From positions 1,302,001 to 1,366,000 of the forward strand of contig CATNEN010000011.1 in assembly GCA_950097015.1 (NCBI GenBank): DNA of 64,000 nt, read 5' to 3'. Source of the stretch: Macrostomum hystrix (Eukaryota; Animalia; Platyhelminthes). The notes under the pieces were generated by a model, which worked only from the letters and a program-made list of their open reading frames with translations, had not been told where the DNA came from and did no database searches. This document shows positions 60,213-64,000 of the stretch, one piece after another. Numbering within the stretch: the first letter of the stretch is position 1; each line of letters starts with the position of its first letter. The position numbers and the translations under genes are program-made.

Positions 60213-61107
60213 CTGCAGCCATCAGTCTGGAACTAATCTGCTGATGCGTCTGACCACCGCAGCTGCCAGCTCCGCCGCCGCGATGCACCCTCAGTGTCAC
60301 CGTGTCTGTCGTCGCTGACGAGCCTATTAAAGCACTGGCAGCATTCGAAGCAGCAGCGGACGGAGCTCTGGAGGCCAGCAGTCCGGCACCAGTTCGAGTA
60401 GTCTTGACCCCGGAGGCCAGGAATCGAGTCTGCTTAGCCGCAGCTTGGTACACTCGAATGTAGAAGAATACAACAATGCCCAATGGCAGGTAGAATGAGA
60501 ATAGCGATGAGAACAGAATATAAGACGCATTGTTAGACACTGCGCACTTATTTGGATCGTTGTTGACTGCAGTCTGCTGCTGCTGCTGCTGCTGCTGTTG
60601 CTGATTTCTCCAGCCTAGCAATGGTCCCACAGATACTAAACCGGACAGCAACCACACGCAGAGTACAATTACTGCAGCTCTGCGTTGGCTAACTATGCGA
60701 GCTCTTTGCAGAGGTCTGGTGACACCAACGTATCGATCCATCGAGATGGCGCACAGGGACATGATGCTGGCTGTGCAGCACATCACATCAATGGATGCCC
60801 ATAGATCGCAGATCGCAGATCCGAACAGCCAGCAGCCGTGTGTGATCTCCAGAGCAGAGCTGAGCGGCAGAACGCAGACGCCAAGCAGCAAGTCAGCGAT
60901 GGCCAAATTTGATACGAATATTGTTGTAGTGGAACGAAGCGAACGATTCAATAGTACAGCCAGGAGGACTAGAGAATTGCCTACGATGGTTGCGAATGAG
61001 ATAGTACCCAAAGCTAGGCCGGTAACTAGGGACCATCGATCCAATTGTAGGACTGTTGAGCAGCTCCGGATTGTTGAATTGGTTATGGTGTCATTATTCT
61101 CGATCAT
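60213..61107 (-). CDS. Aminergic class A GPCR, alpha1-adrenergic/octopamine-alpha type, exon 1 (TM1-TM5, start of ICL3); spliced product about 463 aa
   Basis: GNSLVLLAV, NLAIADLLLG..VLP, WLFGSAICDLWASIDVMCCTASIMSLCAISMDRY (D3.32), TM5 YILFSSLFSFYLP (Ser pattern), RVHRGG. The first ATG is 61107 (the track's 61128 is TTG), followed by N-glycosylation sequons NDT and NST. G|GTGAGG donor, phase 1. The ligand is not determinable from sequence. Confidence 0.93.
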
Positions 61108-61527
61108 TTCTAGATTATTTAGTTTCAATGCCGCTTCGATAGCTCAGTGTCGGTTACAATGTGGCCCAGTACATGGCTATATTGTGAATCCTAAATATAT
61201 CTACTTCTCCACCATTTGCCCGGGCTTTTCTACGCCATCCCGGACCAATAGCAGAGTTGCTAGGGAGTTGCTGGGGGCAGCTAGAAAAAAGTTAAACAGT
61301 AGAAAGAACTTTTTTTCTTCATCTCCGAAAATATCAACCAATCGCCATGAAATCCAGAACACGGGCGGTTAAATTTTCCGCTCTACCCGACGAAACAACT
61401 ACCAGAATCATGAAACAACGCCATCGTCGAGATATTCAACGAATCTCGTCCGGGTGTCTGGTGGCAAAAGCCACACAATCATGTAATCATGTCGGCTATT
61501 GTCGGCTTGAATATCGCTAATCGCTGA

Positions 61528-61780
61528 GAGGTTGTAGCCGAGTGGTTAGGGCGTCGGACTCACGACTTGAAGGTCGGGGGTTCGATTCCCGACTCCACAG
61601 AAACAATTTGTGTCCTTTAGCAAGGCACTTAACTCTGCATTGCTTCAGTTCACCCAGCTGTTAAATGGGTACCAGCATCAGCTGGGATAATTGAAGGTGG
61701 GCGTGGCGTCCCCCCAGTCCATGGACTGAACAGCCGTACGCAGCCTTCAGATGCGCCGCGCATTAGCTGCGGCTGTACAT
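61528..61780 (+). mobile_element. tRNA-derived CORE-SINE, full-length copy
   Basis: Highly similar to 4084-4350, with intact A and B boxes. Confidence 0.87.
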
Positions 61781-62126
61781 CTAACCTTATCGGCCAGTTT
61801 AATTGATTTGCCAGTTGAAATTGTTAATAACTGGCTTTTTAATTGAAAAAAGCCAGTTCAGTATATATGATTCTAGCCTAGATTTTATGATAGAACTAGT
61901 GCCTAGAAATTCATAAAAGCGATCTAGCTGTAAATCATCTGGCTAGCAAAGTACTCATCTATCGAAGCACTTTAATTCGCACTAATACCGAAGGCAATCT
62001 GTTGGTCGGCAGTCGCTCGTCAGCAGGCATTCTAGAGGCTGTGACAAGTGAGTATATTGGACTCACGCATCAAATGAGGTTCGCTTTACAATAACTAACA
62101 AACTACATGTAGAAATCTGAGAATAT

Positions 62127-62180
<54 letters not shown>
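62127..62180. repeat. (CAG)18 microsatellite, non-coding
   Basis: Direct count. Confidence 0.95.
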
Positions 62181-62181
<1 letters not shown>

Positions 62182-62314
62182 TTTTTGTGTTAGCCAGAAT
62201 ATTAATATTTGATCAATATTGGAAAATAAGAGACGATGCCCGGAACGATTAAACAAATTACCTTATCTATAAATATATACTTTTCTCCGATTACTGAAAC
62301 TCAGCTCGGAAACA

Positions 62315-63530
62315 GGGAGTGAGGGGTAGAAACAGAAAGTAGTGAGGGGTAGAAACAGAAAGTAGTGAGGGGTAGAAACAGAAAGTAGTGAGGGGTAGAA
62401 ACAGAAAGTAGTGAGGGGTAGAAACAGAAAGTGAGGGGTAGAAACAGAAAGTAGTGAGGGGTAGAAAAAGAAAGTGAGGGGTAAAAACAGAAAGTGAGGG
62501 GTAGAAACAGAAAGTGAGGGGTAGAAACATAAAGTGAGGGGTAGAAACAGTAAGTGAGGGGTAGAAACATAAAGTAGTGAGGGGTAGAAACAGAAAGTAG
62601 TGAGGGGTAGAAACAGAAAGTGAGGGGTAGAAACAGAAAGTAGTGAGGGGTAGAAACAGAAAGTTCGGGGTAGAAACAGAAAGTAGTGAGGGGTAGAAAC
62701 AGAAAGTAGTGAGGGATAGAAACAGAAAGTAGTGAGGGGTAGAAACAGAAAGTGAGGGGTAGAAACAGAAAGTGAGGGGTAGAAACAGAAAGTAGTGAGG
62801 GGTAGAAACATAAAGTGAGGGGTAGAAACGAAAACTAGTGAGGGGTAGAAACAGAAAGTAGTGAGGGGTAGAAACAGAAAGTAGTGAGGGGTAGAAACGG
62901 AAAGTAGTGAGGGGTAGAAACAGAAAGTGAGGGGTAGAAACAGAAAGTAGTGAGGGGTAGAAACAGAAAGTTCGGGGTAGAAACAGAAAGTAGTGAGGGG
63001 TAGAAACAGAAAGTGAGGGGTAGAAACAGAAAGTAGTGAGGGGTAGAAACAGAAAGTTCGGGGTAGAAACAGAAAGTAGTGAGGGGTAGAAACAGAAAGT
63101 AGTGAGGGATAGAAACAGAAAGTAGTGAGGGGTAGAAACAGAAAGTGAGGGGTAGAAACAGAAAGTGAGGGGTAGAAACAGAAAGTAGTGAGGGGTAGAA
63201 ACATAAAGTGAGGGGTAGAAACGAAAACTAGTGAGGGGTAGAAACAGAAAGTAGTGAGGGGTAGAAACAGAAAGTAGTGAGGGGTAGAAACGGAAAGTGA
63301 GGGGTAGAAACAGAAAGTAGTGAGGGGTAGAAACAGAAAGTGAGGGGTAGAAACAGAAAGTAGTGAGGGGTTGAAACAGAAAGTAGTGAGGGGTAGAAAC
63401 AGAAAGTGAAGGGTAGAAACAGAAAGTAGTGAGGGGTAGAAACAGAAAGTAGTGAGGGGTAGAAACAGAAAGTGAGTGGTAGAAACAGAAAGTAGTGAGG
63501 GGTAGAAACAGAAAGTGAGGGGTGGAAACA
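62315..63530. repeat. 20/23-bp minisatellite (GTGAGGGGTAGAAACAGAAA, with or without GTA)
   Basis: Direct periodicity. ORFs 62263..63636 and 62291..63667 are artefacts. Confidence 0.96.
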
Positions 63531-64000
63531 GAGAGACTGCTATTGAACAATCCAACAGTAGACATGTGACCAAAGCTGCTAGAAGACAGTACACAAGGTC
63601 GGCTTGAGGGCAAATTGCCAATCTGTGACACTCCATATTGCTTTTCTTTCATCCGAGCGCTGTTCAACTTGGGAAAACACAGTCGCAGTCGCTTTTACAT
63701 CCCATATTCCCAAACAAACAGACGGGAAGACACAAACGCACGGCTACAAGGGCTTGATGACAATCTTTTCCCCATTCTTCCCCAAACAGGATAAGAAGAA
63801 AAAACTGGAAAGGCAGATTTCAATCGAGTGTGACAGCTGTTACTTTTCATCGCCGTTGCTTTTTTTCTGATTGATCCGACACCTTTTCAGGCAGGATCTG
63901 TTGGGGATCTTATAAGGGGAGGGGATTAAAGAAGCACTCGACCACGCGTAAACCAAGTACGCAAGGACATTGTTAGTTTAAATGATGAAGCTAAATCTCT

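Noticed and set aside
23044-61107. Functional cluster of neural genes (liprin-alpha and an aminergic GPCR)
   Set aside because: Adjacency of two genes alone gives no evidence of co-regulation or an operon; they are about 6 kb apart.
55129-63667. Repeat ORFs at 55129, 56391, 56458, 57560, 57598, 62263 and 62291
   Set aside because: They are minisatellite artefacts.

Overview
This is eukaryotic (animal) genomic DNA, not prokaryotic: it has spliceosomal introns, CAG microsatellites and about 20 unrelated minisatellite arrays filling introns. It is most likely a free-living flatworm of the Macrostomum type, inferred from a flatworm spliced-leader-like sequence at 59184-59228, which I compared from memory. 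Three protein-coding loci can be built by hand with phase-consistent splice sites. (1) On the + strand, about 3929-20104: a polyQ N-terminus, a giant ~10.5 kb Thr/Glu-rich repeat exon, and a KY/hillarin-type transglutaminase-like domain with downstream KY repeats. Whether the giant exon and the KY part form one protein depends on an ambiguous splice choice at 16755-16899. (2) On the - strand, 47629-23044: liprin-alpha, 11 exons, 1352 aa, coiled coils plus 3 SAM domains. (3) On the - strand, 61107-53729: an alpha1-adrenergic/octopamine-type aminergic GPCR, 3 exons, about 463 aa. The window also holds a tRNA-derived CORE-SINE family (at least 6 copies), a 281-bp MITE with 14-bp TIRs and an 8-bp TSD, and several tandem repeats whose units carry transcription-factor-like sites. 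Most long ORFs in the supplied track are artefacts of stop-free minisatellites. All coordinates were counted by eye, and repeat boundaries are approximate.
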